Source: a virus. Taken from it: a stretch of DNA of 64,000 nucleotides. The number at the start of each line of letters is the position of its first letter. Position 1 is the first letter of the stretch. The position numbers and the translations under genes were made by a program. The DNA is taken from positions 2,786-66,785 of IMG/VR virus record IMGVR_UViG_3300028908_000009; one strand, written 5' to 3'. This document shows positions 34,801-44,574 of this stretch, one piece after another. A model generated the notes under the pieces. The model searched no databases. It saw only the letters and a list, made by a program, of their open reading frames with translations, and had not been told where the DNA came from.

Positions 34801-36768
34801 CTAGCGCGCTCGCGGGTCCGGGTCGCGGAAGACGATGCGGGGGACGTCCCGGCCGGAGAACTCGCCCAGCGGGTGGATGACCTCCTGCGACTGGCGGGCG
34901 AGGGGGATGGTGATCGGGGAGCCCCACGCCGAGGAGCCGAGGGCCCGGGCGCGGGCGAGGTCGGGTGGTGGGGGAGCTGGCGGGCGGGGCTGGCCCGGCA
35001 GGGAGTAGAGGGACAGCGAGGGAGGCCGCAGCTCCGGGCCGCGCTCGATCGGCTTCTTCGGCTGGAGGACCCGCACGCCGGGGACGAAGAAGAGGGCCAG
35101 GGTGTCGGCGACGTCGTCGTGGGTGATCTGGCCGAGGTTCGTCAGCTCGTAGAGCAGCCGCTCCCGCAGGCGGGGCGGGAAGCCCGAGCCGAAGACGACC
35201 TCGCCCCGCTCGCAGGGGGCCTGGAGGGCCTCGACGATGAAGTCCTCCTTCCGCCCGCTGCGGGCGCGGGTGACCGGGACGAGTGCCGGGGTGCGGTACT
35301 TCTCGCGGAACGCCCGGCCCAGGTCGGCGAGGAAGGCGTCCTCGCCCACCTTCTCCTTGACGAGGACGTTGGGCCACCAGTCGAGGGAGACGCAGGCGGT
35401 GACGATCCGGCGGACGAACTCGTCCCGGGTCCAGCGGTTGCTGCGGAGGCCGTGGCGCAGGAGCAGCCGGCCGTCGTCGGTGAAGGAGCCGAAGAGGGCG
35501 ACCATGTAGTCCCCCCGGCCGGCGGTCTGGAAGTCCTTCGAGGCGGAGTCGATGGCGATGACCCGCTTGCGCGGGGAGGGCCAGTCGGCCCAGCCGGCGA
35601 CGGCGAACCACTCCTCCCGGAAGCGCTGCTGGTCGGGCGAGAGGCAGACGTTCATGTATTGGTGCCACCAGAGGGCCTCGCCGAGGTTGCGGTCCCGCCG
35701 GTAGCGGGCCAGCTCCTGGGCCAGCCACTCGCGGGTGACCACCGGCAGGAGGATCGGCTCGCCGCGATCGAAGTCGGGGTGGCCGTGGGGGAACTGGCGG
35801 ACGACGTGCTCGGGGCAGGCTTCGCAGGGGCGGTTGGGGTCCTCCAGGGCGTGGCGGACGATGACCTTGATGTCGCGGTCCGCCAGCTCGGAGACCAGCT
35901 CGTCGGCCTCGTCGGTCGCCTCGTCCTGGTCGCCGATCAGCCGGCCGTAGGGGTCGTGGTAGGCCCAGCGGGTCCCGAGGTAGATGATGTTCCGGTAGCG
36001 GGAGCCCATGTCCACGAGGGGGAGGAGGTCGAGCATCTGGCGCATCGTCTTGGCCGACTGCTCGGGGGTGGTGACGTTCCGGCGCTCGACGGCGTCGTCG
36101 AAGATGATGAGGTCCGCACGCCAGCCGGCACCGGTGACGCCGAGGTAGGTGGCCCGGAAGGTGGGGTCGGGCAGGACGAGCTTGCGCCTAGGGTGGGTGA
36201 ACTGGAGGGCCTGGAGGATGTGCTTGTATTGCCGGTGGGTGATCGTGAACTCGGGGAAGACCTTGCGGAAGGTCTCGTAGCCGGGGGTGTCGGGGAGGAA
36301 CGCCTGGAGGATGGTCCGGGCGAAGGGCTTGACGGTGTCCTCGCGGGCCCCGACGAGGAGGATGCGGATGTCGGGGTCGTGGACGATTCGCCAGATGCTG
36401 TGGGCGATGGTGAAGATGAAGCTCTTGCGGCTCTGGCGGGGGAGGAAGAGGGCCAGCTCCTCGCCGGGCTTGAGGGCCATCAGCTCGTGGCAGAGGGGGC
36501 GGTGGAAGTCGGGGACGTAGTGGCTCTTCCAGACGTCGGGGAAGAGGACCTGGGTGAGGAAGAACCAGAAGTCCTTCGAGCCGTCGCGCAGGGTTTCGAC
36601 GAGTGCGCGGTCGAGGAGGGCGCACTCGCGTTCGAGCTGGACGGCCTCGGCGGGGCGGATGGGGATGGGGAGGGCGTCCGGCGGTTCGCCGGTGGAGAGG
36701 ACCTTCTCGATGGTGTCCTCGACGAGGGGGTCGAGGTCCTTGTCGAGGGGGGAGCGCTGGCGGGGCAT
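34801..36768 (-). CDS. terL: Terminase large subunit
   Basis: PRQSRKS Walker A variant, LIIFDD Walker B, GTRW, QYMN, HDD.AD nuclease. Confidence 0.93.
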   Translation of the reverse strand: MPRQRSPLDKDLDPLVEDTIEKVLSTGEPPDALPIPIRPAEAVQLERECALLDRALVETLRDGSKDFWFFLTQVLFPDVWKSHYVPDFHRPLCHELMALKPGEELALFLPRQSRKSFIFTIAHSIWRIVHDPDIRILLVGAREDTVKPFARTILQAFLPDTPGYETFRKVFPEFTITHRQYKHILQALQFTHPRRKLVLPDPTFRATYLGVTGAGWRADLIIFDDAVERRNVTTPEQSAKTMRQMLDLLPLVDMGSRYRNIIYLGTRWAYHDPYGRLIGDQDEATDEADELVSELADRDIKVIVRHALEDPNRPCEACPEHVVRQFPHGHPDFDRGEPILLPVVTREWLAQELARYRRDRNLGEALWWHQYMNVCLSPDQQRFREEWFAVAGWADWPSPRKRVIAIDSASKDFQTAGRGDYMVALFGSFTDDGRLLLRHGLRSNRWTRDEFVRRIVTACVSLDWWPNVLVKEKVGEDAFLADLGRAFREKYRTPALVPVTRARSGRKEDFIVEALQAPCERGEVVFGSGFPPRLRERLLYELTNLGQITHDDVADTLALFFVPGVRVLQPKKPIERGPELRPPSLSLYSLPGQPRPPAPPPPDLARARALGSSAWGSPITIPLARQSQEVIHPLGEFSGRDVPRIVFRDPDPRAR

Positions 36769-36782
36769 GGGGTCCTCCTGGA

Positions 36783-37367
36783 TTACATTTCGCTGGGCGG
36801 GACGTGGTCCTCCTCGGCGTGGGGTGGAGTGTATTTCGCTTCGCCGGTGGCCTCGGCGGTGACGGCGTCGGTGAGGGAGGGTGCGCCGCCGAGGGCGAGC
36901 TGGGCCTCGCGGACGACCTCGACGAGGCGGGCGCGGAGGACGGCGGCCTGTTGGCCGAGAGGTCCACGGGCCTCTTCCTCGGTGAGCTGGAGGGGTTCGA
37001 GCCGGAGGGTTTCGACGTGCCGGACGTAGGCGAGGGCGAGCTTGGCGATCTTCTCCTGTTCGCGGAAGTCGCGGGAGGTGGAGAAGGAGGAGATGAGCTG
37101 CCAGAGGGAGAGGAGGGAGCCGACGTAGATGAGGCGGGCGAGGCGGGGGGCGTCGGTGGTGGGGTCGATGGAGTCCTCGGGGATCTCGGCGAGGACGATG
37201 CGGCGGTAGTGGTTGCCGGAGTTGGAGGTGGAGAGGGCCCGGGCCAGGGGGGCCGCCGGGTCCTCGGTGGGGGCCGGGCGGGGAGGTTTCTTCGGGGTTT
37301 CGGGGGCCGTCGGGGGCCCGAGGACTTCCATCGTTTCCCGCAGGTTGTCGTCAAATCTCGTTCCCAT
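36783..37367 (-). CDS. Putative terminase small subunit
   Basis: Position upstream of terL, helical, GGAGG RBS. Confidence 0.5.
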   Translation of the reverse strand: MGTRFDDNLRETMEVLGPPTAPETPKKPPRPAPTEDPAAPLARALSTSNSGNHYRRIVLAEIPEDSIDPTTDAPRLARLIYVGSLLSLWQLISSFSTSRDFREQEKIAKLALAYVRHVETLRLEPLQLTEEEARGPLGQQAAVLRARLVEVVREAQLALGGAPSLTDAVTAEATGEAKYTPPHAEEDHVPPSEM

Positions 37368-37956
37368 GTCGTCCCTCCGTGTCAGGAGAATCCCCGCCAG
37401 AAAAAAATCTGTCGAGGGGGGTTAGAATGATATCACGACCGGGTTTGGGGGGTCCCGGCCCCCCGCCCCCGCCCGGGCCGCGCGCGCCCGATCCGATCCA
37501 TCCGGACCCGTCCCGGCCCGCCCGGCGCTCCCCGGCCGACCCCGAACGATCCCGGACGACTCTCGTCCGAATCCTCTTTCATATGTCGGACACCGCTCGC
37601 CATCGTCGCCAGCCGTTCCCATGACACCGGGCGGGTTCGGAGGCGTTCGGGGAGGTGTAAGTGCTTTGTTTCCAACACCTTCCCTCCCCACCCCTGCCCT
37701 GCCACCCGCCCCATCAATATCTATAGCGCCGCGCCAGCCGCCGGCCCCCCGGATCTAGGTCACCTTGACCCGGTTCCCGGGCCGGCACCCGCCCTGGCCG
37801 GTCCGCCCCTGCTCGATCCGTCCCGCCCCGGTCCGCACGGTCCCAGCCGGTGCCGCACCCTTCCGCCCTGCCCACCGGGCCGGCGGGTCCGCCGCCGTTC
37901 GCACCTGCCCGCCACGGCCCGACTTGACCTTTATTTGCCCGACGTGAGAAAGAAAC

Positions 37957-37985
37957 TTGACTTTGCGGACAGTTAGCCGTAGCTT
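37957..37985 (+). promoter_or_regulatory. sigma70-type early promoter
   Basis: TTGACT-N17-TAGCTT, A-rich upstream, before first early gene. Confidence 0.65.
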
Positions 37986-38049
37986 TGGGATCGAAGGGGC
38001 CGGGGCTGCGGACGGGCCGCGACCCGAACGGCTCCGGGAGGAAACGGAC

Positions 38050-38411
38050 ATGAGGTTGGAAACGCTGAAAGAGGTTGAAAGGATCGGGAAGATGGCGAGC
38101 TTCGCCGAACAGGTGCGGACACCCTGTACCTGTTAGAGGAAGACGAAACGTCCCCGGAGCAGGAAGTGCTGGAATGGGCACTTGAACACGGGGACGATAC
38201 GTTCGAACGGTTCGCGGAGTTCTGCGAACGCGACGGGAGCGTGGCGGCCGTCAGCGGGTGGCTGGAAACGCTGGCGTACTACTTGGAAGAACTTCGGGAC
38301 GATCCGGAGCTCATCGGGTGGGAAGCGCCAGAGTTGGACAGCCGCGAGGTGTCCCGGACCGCTGCGACGCTCGCCAAGGCGGTCCGAGACTTGCTGGCAG
38401 AGGCGGAGTGA
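38050..38411 (+). pseudogene. First early gene, apparently frameshifted near 38115
   Basis: GGAGG-ATG frame stops after 28 codons; adding one base at CAGGTGCGGAC joins it to the 38166..38411 frame. Confidence 0.55.
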
Positions 38412-38470
38412 TCGCGGGGCCCGCCGGGCCCCGCCAAACGGCCCCGAACAAGGGGCGGAAAGGGGAAACA

Positions 38471-38839
38471 ATGGAAGGCGGAAAGGTAAAGCTGCGAACG
38501 GCCTGGGTAGATGGCAGGCTCCGGCTCTGCCCTACCGGGAGGGTAGGGGTCGGACTCGGAGCGGACCGACTGGGGACTCTCGCCGACCTGTACGCCTGGC
38601 GAGACGGCGGGTGGTACTACTACGGCGGAGAGGCGACCGTCGGGCGGGACTGGGCTGCTGGCGTGCTACTCGGGCCGCTCTGGCAAGGGTGCTGTGAAGA
38701 CCTGACGGATATTGCAGCGGTGCTCGCGCCGCTACTTGGGGCGGCGACCGGCGGCCCCGGCTGGCGGGTGACCGTGTGCAAGGCGGACGGGGACGTGGGA
38801 TTCCTGTTCCACGCCCGCCGGGCGGAGCCGTGTCGGTGA
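38471..38839 (+). CDS. Hypothetical early protein
   Basis: AAGGGG RBS. Confidence 0.65.
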   Translation: MEGGKVKLRTAWVDGRLRLCPTGRVGVGLGADRLGTLADLYAWRDGGWYYYGGEATVGRDWAAGVLLGPLWQGCCEDLTDIAAVLAPLLGAATGGPGWRVTVCKADGDVGFLFHARRAEPCR

Positions 38840-39084
38840 GGGGCCACTGGCGCGGCCGGAGCCTCCGCCCGTACCTGGCAACGGCCCGGCATCCGGGCCG
38901 CTGCCCCGGGTGCGGCCGCCCGATCCGGCCCGGGGACCGGCTGACCGTCTGGCCAGCCGCGCCGGCCGGGCGGCGGGCCCGCTGTTGGCAATGTTCGGCG
39001 GAGGCGTTCCGGCAGGTGGTCGGCGGCGCGGACAGAAAAGGCGCACTTTTCGGTTGCACGGCTGACCGGTCACCGTACCTTTAG
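38836..39084 (+). CDS. Zn-finger protein
   Basis: CPGC..I.PGD..CWQC; GTGA overlap. Confidence 0.65.
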   Translation: MRGHWRGRSLRPYLATARHPGRCPGCGRPIRPGDRLTVWPAAPAGRRARCWQCSAEAFRQVVGGADRKGALFGCTADRSPYL

Positions 39085-39177
39085 GCTGCAAGCGGCCCCC
39101 GGGGGTCACGGCTCCGCCCCCGGGGGCCCGGGAAAGGGAAGGGGCCCGAGGGCGGCGGGGTCGCCCGGGAGGGTTAG

Positions 39178-39585
39178 ATGTTCCGCAACTTGACCCCTCA
39201 CGACATCCATTTGTACCTGCCCGACGGGACCGTGCTGACGGTCCCTCGGGAAGATGTAGAGGCTCCCCGCGTGCCGCTCGCCACGCGGCAGGTGGGGGAG
39301 GCCAGCGCCCCGTCCCCGGCGGGCGGCACGTGCCAGGTGCCGGTCCGCCACTCCGCGCCTGCCGGGCCGCCGGTCCCGCTGCCGGACCCGGAGCCGGGGG
39401 TGCTCTACATCGTGTCCCGGGCGACGGCGGAGGCGGCCCCGCAGCGGCCGGACCTGCTCTACCCCGACGACGCGGTCCGGGATGAGCGCGGCCGGATCGT
39501 CGGGTGCCGCGCGCTGGGGACGGCCGTCCCCGACTGGGAAGGTACCCTCACCCGCCTTTGGCAGGCGATTGCGGGGATGGACTAA
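39178..39585 (+). CDS. Conserved-type phage protein (NLTPH family)
   Basis: NLTPH..LP.P..GVLYIVS..RPDL..P..RD..GRI. Confidence 0.8.
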   Translation: MFRNLTPHDIHLYLPDGTVLTVPREDVEAPRVPLATRQVGEASAPSPAGGTCQVPVRHSAPAGPPVPLPDPEPGVLYIVSRATAEAAPQRPDLLYPDDAVRDERGRIVGCRALGTAVPDWEGTLTRLWQAIAGMD

Positions 39586-39649
39586 GCGGAACCGGGGGAC
39601 TCGGAAGGATCCCCCTTTGCACGTTTGGGGCGCGGAAAGGGAAGGGAAG

Positions 39650-40222
39650 ATGCACGAAAAGCTGGCGGGAAACGAAAGGCTCCGGAGGCTGGCGGACGCC
39701 TGCAAGCTAGAGCTGTGGCAGATGCACGGCGGCCCGGTGACGGTACTGGTCGCGCCGTGGGACGCGGTAGAGGAAGCGGGCGCGGAAAGCCTGCCGGAGC
39801 TGGCGCGGCGGCTGGGCGTAGAGGATGAGGACCTATACGTCGCGCTCGCGGAGCTGACCGGGTGCTACATCCTGCCCGAGGAGCCGGGCGACTCGGACGA
39901 AACAGGCGAGGCCATCCCAGTTACGTGCGGCCTCCGGCTGGCGGACGTGCTGCGGACGCTGGCGCTCCGCCGGGATCCGGAGCGGAGGCGCTACCGGCAC
40001 CCGCACTTTGGGTTGCTGCCGGAGGAAGTGCAGAGGTGCGCCGGGTGTGGTCGGATCGGATCGCTTGACCCGGACGCGACGCGGGAATGGGCGGCGCGGC
40101 TGGGGATTGACGTTCGCGGGGATGTTCTGGAAGTGCGATTCGTGGGAATCCAGGGCGGCCGGGGCCGCGTGGTTTGCACGGATTGCATCGAACGGGACGT
40201 TTTCGATGGATGGGACGAATGA
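39650..40222 (+). CDS. Hypothetical protein with two CxxC
   Basis: RBS; CAGC, CTDC. Confidence 0.7.
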   Translation: MHEKLAGNERLRRLADACKLELWQMHGGPVTVLVAPWDAVEEAGAESLPELARRLGVEDEDLYVALAELTGCYILPEEPGDSDETGEAIPVTCGLRLADVLRTLALRRDPERRRYRHPHFGLLPEEVQRCAGCGRIGSLDPDATREWAARLGIDVRGDVLEVRFVGIQGGRGRVVCTDCIERDVFDGWDE

Positions 40223-40527
40223 TGCGGATCCCGAAGGGTGTAGTGGAACAGGCTATCGGGGCCTATTCGGAAGGGTCGCTTCGGCCGGCGGACCTGCTAG
40301 ACGGCACGCGAGAAGCAGTTGCGACGTTGCACGCCCTCATCGTCCGAAGTCTGCCGCCGGACCGGCAGCCGTACATCAAGGGGCTACTGCGAGTAGTAGA
40401 GGAGGCTACCCCCGAGGAGTTAGACGGGATCATCGAACAAGTCAACGATCTTTTGCCGGAAGGGTACTACTTGGGGAGTGCCGAAGGCGACCCGGCTTTG
40501 TTTGGTATCTGGCGGGAGGTGGAATGA
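40219..40527 (+). CDS. Hypothetical protein
   Basis: ATGA overlap; GSLRP.D..P.GYY.G..GD..FGIW. Confidence 0.75.
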   Translation: MMRIPKGVVEQAIGAYSEGSLRPADLLDGTREAVATLHALIVRSLPPDRQPYIKGLLRVVEEATPEELDGIIEQVNDLLPEGYYLGSAEGDPALFGIWREVE

Positions 40528-41207
40528 TGCGGACGATCGGCGACGTGAGGGCGGCCGCGATTGCGGGCAGCTACGGGCACGGATCGCTCCGGCCGGAGGA
40601 CGTGCGGGAAGCGTATCTTGCGGCCGGGGGAGCGGTCGCGGAAGCGGCCCAGGCGGAAGGCGTGGAGTGTCCGGCGCTCCGGGAGGCGCTCGCGGAGCTG
40701 CGAGCGGCGGACCCGGAGGATGAATACCTGCCGGAGCTTTGCGCGGACGTGGCGGATGCAGCGGCGGAAGTGTTGCCTCGCCCGTACTACGTCGGCGCGC
40801 ATCCGGGCGACGGGTCAGACTTCGGGGTCTGGTACGACGCGGAAGCGGACCCGGAACCGGGGGACGCGCCCGACCCGGAGGACGGCGGGGTCACGCTGGC
40901 CGTCTACACCGTGGGAAAGATGTACGGGGAGCCCCAAACGGTCGCCGTACAGGCCCCACGCGTGCCGGAGTGGGTAACCGATCCGGCCGCCCGCGCCGCG
41001 TGGTATGCGGAAGCGGCGCGTGCCCGGATGGAAGGGCGACGGGTGGAGCTTGTGCGCCTTCCGGCCGGGTGTATCTGGCCGGGGGGAGGGGCGGAAGATG
41101 CGGAAATCCGGCTCTACGGGCGGCCTCACGTACGGACGATGGACGGGGGGCGGGAGGTGGAGCTTCCGCTGGGGTGGGAAGCGCGCGGCGCGCTTTGGGA
41201 GGGCTGA
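40524..41207 (+). CDS. Hypothetical protein, N-terminus paralogous to preceding gene
   Basis: GSLRPED..YYVGAHPGDGSDFGVW. Confidence 0.75.
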   Translation: MMRTIGDVRAAAIAGSYGHGSLRPEDVREAYLAAGGAVAEAAQAEGVECPALREALAELRAADPEDEYLPELCADVADAAAEVLPRPYYVGAHPGDGSDFGVWYDAEADPEPGDAPDPEDGGVTLAVYTVGKMYGEPQTVAVQAPRVPEWVTDPAARAAWYAEAARARMEGRRVELVRLPAGCIWPGGGAEDAEIRLYGRPHVRTMDGGREVELPLGWEARGALWEG

Positions 41208-41210
41208 CCG

Positions 41211-41690
41211 ATGATGCTAGCGGACTACTTTATCACGGAAGGCGCGGCTTATTGCGAGAGGCACGCGCCGGAGGACGCGGAGCCGGTGACCTTCGGCGAG
41301 CCGGACCGTTGGATTACCTGCGAGGTGTGCCACGCCCCGCTTGCGCCGCCGTATTACGCGGAGGACGCGGACGTGACCGCAAAGGTGATTGCGGACGATG
41401 AGCTCGCGGAGCTGGCGGACGTGGAAGCGGGCGGCCGGGACCTGTTCGGCCAGGTGAGGCCGGACGTTTGGCGCTGGCGGCTGGCCCCGGATGCGGTCGC
41501 GGAGGTGGAAGGGGCCGTCCGCCGATACGGGGAGCGGGAGGCTTTCCTTGGGCTGGTCGCCGCGTACCTGAGGGACGCGACGGTCCGCCCGTGGGACGGG
41601 CCGCCCCCGTGCGGGCTGCCGCTGGCGGCCCGGTTGGACGCGGAAAGCGGGATCCTGACGGCAGAGTGGCCTCACAGGTCGGAGGGTTGA
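41211..41690 (+). CDS. Hypothetical protein (CxxH/CxxC)
   Basis: RBS, coupled ORF. Confidence 0.7.
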   Translation: MMLADYFITEGAAYCERHAPEDAEPVTFGEPDRWITCEVCHAPLAPPYYAEDADVTAKVIADDELAELADVEAGGRDLFGQVRPDVWRWRLAPDAVAEVEGAVRRYGEREAFLGLVAAYLRDATVRPWDGPPPCGLPLAARLDAESGILTAEWPHRSEG

Positions 41691-41693
41691 GCG

Positions 41694-42128
41694 ATGCAGG
41701 AAGCGGCGCGAATCGAGGCGGTGTTGCGATGGGCATCCTGGTACGACGTGAGAGTGGCGGACGAAACGGTCGCGCGCGGGCTGACCGACTGGCCCGGGTG
41801 TTGGCTGGAATATCGGGCAGGGTCGTCAAGCCTTGATATTCACGGGCTGACCGATGAATACGGATCCACGCGGGAAGGGTGGGATTCCCGGCGAGATGTG
41901 GCATGGGCCGTGTTGCCAGGTGTGAGCCCGCTTGACCTGCTGGACGGGATGCGCCTGTTCGGATGGGCCCAGGCGCTGGAATGGTTGGAAGCGTGCGCCG
42001 ATCGTCTAAAGGGCACGGCGGGGGAAACGGTTACCGGTCCGGTTTCCTTGTGGGCGGAGGCGATCGCTCACCTTGGCCGGGCGCTCCGGGGGTGGGGACC
42101 GGATAGCGATATGGAAATCGAGGGTTGA
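41694..42128 (+). CDS. Hypothetical protein
   Basis: RBS, coupled ORF. Confidence 0.7.
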   Translation: MQEAARIEAVLRWASWYDVRVADETVARGLTDWPGCWLEYRAGSSSLDIHGLTDEYGSTREGWDSRRDVAWAVLPGVSPLDLLDGMRLFGWAQALEWLEACADRLKGTAGETVTGPVSLWAEAIAHLGRALRGWGPDSDMEIEG

Positions 42129-42131
42129 GCG

Positions 42132-42407
42132 ATGCGGGACGTGGAAAGGATCGTCCGGGAGGATCTTCGGGACCTGTTGGACCTGTTGAGCCGGGCCGCT
42201 GCGATGGCGGAACGTCCGAGGGTGGACCCGGCGCTGTTTGCCCTGTTGACTGACGCCGCTTGGCTGTACGGGCGGCGGTACGTGATGGACGGCGAGGACA
42301 GCGGCCCGGACATGCCGGGCGTGCTGCCGGAGGACCCGCCGCGCGGGGAGCTGTGGCGGCAGGTTGTCGAGGCCGTCCGGCGGGAGGAACGGCGATGCAG
42401 GAAGTGA
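42132..42407 (+). CDS. Hypothetical protein
   Basis: RBS, coupled ORF. Confidence 0.7.
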   Translation: MRDVERIVREDLRDLLDLLSRAAAMAERPRVDPALFALLTDAAWLYGRRYVMDGEDSGPDMPGVLPEDPPRGELWRQVVEAVRREERRCRK

Positions 42408-42721
42408 AGTTTCGGGTGTGGTTCGATGCGGAGCGTCGGCGGGTGCGGGCCCGAATCTTGCCAGGTGGGCGGAGTTTCCCGCTCACCCGGACGGGGGAGC
42501 CGGAGGCCCTTTACAACCTGCCCAAGGTGACGGGGATTCGGACGTGGTACAGGCCGAACCCGTGGACGTACGGGTGGGAAAACGGGCGCAAGGTGACGCT
42601 CTGGATAAGCGGCTACGATCCGGCCCCATTGCTGGATGCCGTGCGGGAAGTGGCGGAAACCGGCGGGGCCGTCACGGTGAGCTGTCCGTGGCGGGAAGGT
42701 GGACCGGAAAGGAAAGGGTGA
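42395..42721 (+). CDS. Hypothetical protein
   Basis: GGAGG RBS before MQEVKF. Confidence 0.7.
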   Translation: MQEVKFRVWFDAERRRVRARILPGGRSFPLTRTGEPEALYNLPKVTGIRTWYRPNPWTYGWENGRKVTLWISGYDPAPLLDAVREVAETGGAVTVSCPWREGGPERKG

Positions 42722-42725
42722 AGCG

Positions 42726-42938
42726 ATGGACGGGAAAAAGGTGATTGTTATCAACGGGGCAATGATGCGGGCCACGGCACCGGACGCGCTGGAGCAGATC
42801 CGAGCCGAGCTGCTCCGGGCAGCGGAGGACTGGTTCAACGAGACGCTCCGCCCGAGCTTGGAAGGAATGGCCGGCGGACGCTACAGCTTTCGGCTCGACG
42901 CGGAGAGTTTTCTCCGCGAGGTCGTGCGGGGGGAGTGA
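42726..42938 (+). CDS. Hypothetical protein
   Basis: Coupled ORF. Confidence 0.65.
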   Translation: MDGKKVIVINGAMMRATAPDALEQIRAELLRAAEDWFNETLRPSLEGMAGGRYSFRLDAESFLREVVRGE

Positions 42939-42940
42939 CC

Positions 42941-43312
42941 ATGCGAGAAGCGGAAAGGCTGGCGCGTGAGGTGGCGGTGCTCGCCCGGGCGGTGCGGTAC
43001 CCGGAAAAGTGGCTCCGGGCGCTCGCGGCAGGTGAACCGGAGCCGATCGCCCGGGCGGCCGCTTGGCTGGCGTCGCCCATGTACGGGCGACCGGATGCGG
43101 GCGATGTTCGGCGGGCCGCCGGGGCGGTGCTACGAATGATGCACCGACGGGTAGTTGTCCGGCCGTCCAGCGGGCGAGAGCTTCGGATCGTCTACAACTT
43201 CCGGGAGCTGCTGGAGCGGGGGCGTTGGCAAGACGCGGCGCTCGCGATGGAGGCCCTGTTCGCGGAAAGGGAAGCCCGGGATGGCGCAACGATCGTAGAG
43301 CCGGAAAGGTGA
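42941..43312 (+). CDS. Hypothetical protein
   Basis: GGAG RBS. Confidence 0.7.
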   Translation: MREAERLAREVAVLARAVRYPEKWLRALAAGEPEPIARAAAWLASPMYGRPDAGDVRRAAGAVLRMMHRRVVVRPSSGRELRIVYNFRELLERGRWQDAALAMEALFAEREARDGATIVEPER

Positions 43313-43335
43313 GCGGTTCTGGACGGGAGGCTGGT

Positions 43336-43920
43336 ATGCGGGAAGCGGAAAGGCGAGAAGCGGAAAGGGAAGAACGGTTGCGGGTAGCGCGGGCGCTGGG
43401 TGTCCTGCTCCGGTCGGTGGCGGAGCCGGGGCAGTTTCTCCGGCGGCTGGCAAATGGGGACGATGCTGCCGCCCTGGAGCGGGTCCGGGTCTGGACGATG
43501 GCGGAAAACCCGGGGATCGTGCAGGACGCTGCCCTCGTGCTGCGGGGATGGTGGAACCGGCCGGTCGAGGTCGGAGAGTGGGACTACGGCGAGGAGCGAG
43601 CGCGGATCGAGGTGCGGACGTTCGGGGGGCTCGTGGCGACGGCGGAGCTCTGGGCGCTGAGCCTTGCCCTCTCAGCCCTGACAGCGGGAGAGGTCGTAGG
43701 GATGGGCCGGGCCCATGCCCGGCCGCTGCCCTCCGAGATGCCCGAGGCGTTCGGAGTGTGTGCCAGGTGCGGCCGGTTCGGGCGGAAGTTTGGGCATCCC
43801 CGGGAAGGGGTGGCCGCCAAGTGGGCGGCGAAGCTGCGACTGGGGCCGCTCCCCCTGCTCGCCCCCGTGGACGACGGGCGGGAGTGGCGGTGCGAGGACT
43901 GTTTCCCCGTGGAGGATTGA
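43336..43920 (+). CDS. Hypothetical protein with C-terminal Zn ribbon
   Basis: GGAGG RBS; CARC..CEDC. Confidence 0.7.
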   Translation: MREAERREAEREERLRVARALGVLLRSVAEPGQFLRRLANGDDAAALERVRVWTMAENPGIVQDAALVLRGWWNRPVEVGEWDYGEERARIEVRTFGGLVATAELWALSLALSALTAGEVVGMGRAHARPLPSEMPEAFGVCARCGRFGRKFGHPREGVAAKWAAKLRLGPLPLLAPVDDGREWRCEDCFPVED

Positions 43921-43923
43921 GCG

Positions 43924-44169
43924 ATGAGCGCGAAGGAAAGGCGGGAAAGGCTGGAAAAGAGGCTGGAAGCGATCGCCGGGCCGGGCGTGTGGCTGGTCGG
44001 GTACGGCCCGGGTGACGGGCGGACGCGGTATGCCATCGTCACCGGTGAGCGGGATTACTTCGGCGGCCAGCGGCTGGCATGGACCGGCGGCGGTCTCCGG
44101 GCGGCCGAGGAGATGGTCGAGGCATTCCTCGCCGGGTACCGGCTGGGATGCGACCGGCGGGAGGGTTGA
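43924..44169 (+). CDS. Hypothetical protein
   Basis: RBS, coupled ORF. Confidence 0.7.
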   Translation: MSAKERRERLEKRLEAIAGPGVWLVGYGPGDGRTRYAIVTGERDYFGGQRLAWTGGGLRAAEEMVEAFLAGYRLGCDRREG

Positions 44170-44172
44170 GCC

Positions 44173-44574
44173 GTGAGGATTCGCGGGCTGCGGGATTCGG
44201 TGCTGTATCGCTCGGGATACGTGGAAGAAGCGGTCGAGCGGGTCGGCGGGCTGGCGGTTCGCTGGACGCGGGAAGGCGAGCGGTTCCGGCTGGTGCCGAC
44301 GGGGCGGGACACCTGGCGGAAGAGGAAAGGGGGCCGTCTCGTCCCGGCCGCCGTCTGCTGGCACGCTCATGGGTGGTTCTTGCTGGAGCTGCTCCAGATG
44401 GTCGAGAAGGTCGGGTTGGAGGTGCGGGTGGATACGGCCCTCGGGCGGATCGAGAGCTTGGGCGACCTTGCCCGGCTGGTGAGGGAAGGCCAGCCGGAGG
44501 GGGAAACGTGCGAATGTCCGCCCGAGGAGACGGAGAGGTTGCTCGCAGAGGTGGAAAAGGAGGTGACGGAATGA
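44173..44574 (+). CDS. Hypothetical protein
   Basis: CWHAHG..CEC motif. Confidence 0.7.
   Translation: MRIRGLRDSVLYRSGYVEEAVERVGGLAVRWTREGERFRLVPTGRDTWRKRKGGRLVPAAVCWHAHGWFLLELLQMVEKVGLEVRVDTALGRIESLGDLARLVREGQPEGETCECPPEETERLLAEVEKEVTE

Noticed and set aside
37379-38181. Small ORFs in the divergence region
   Set aside because: Low-complexity translations without RBS support
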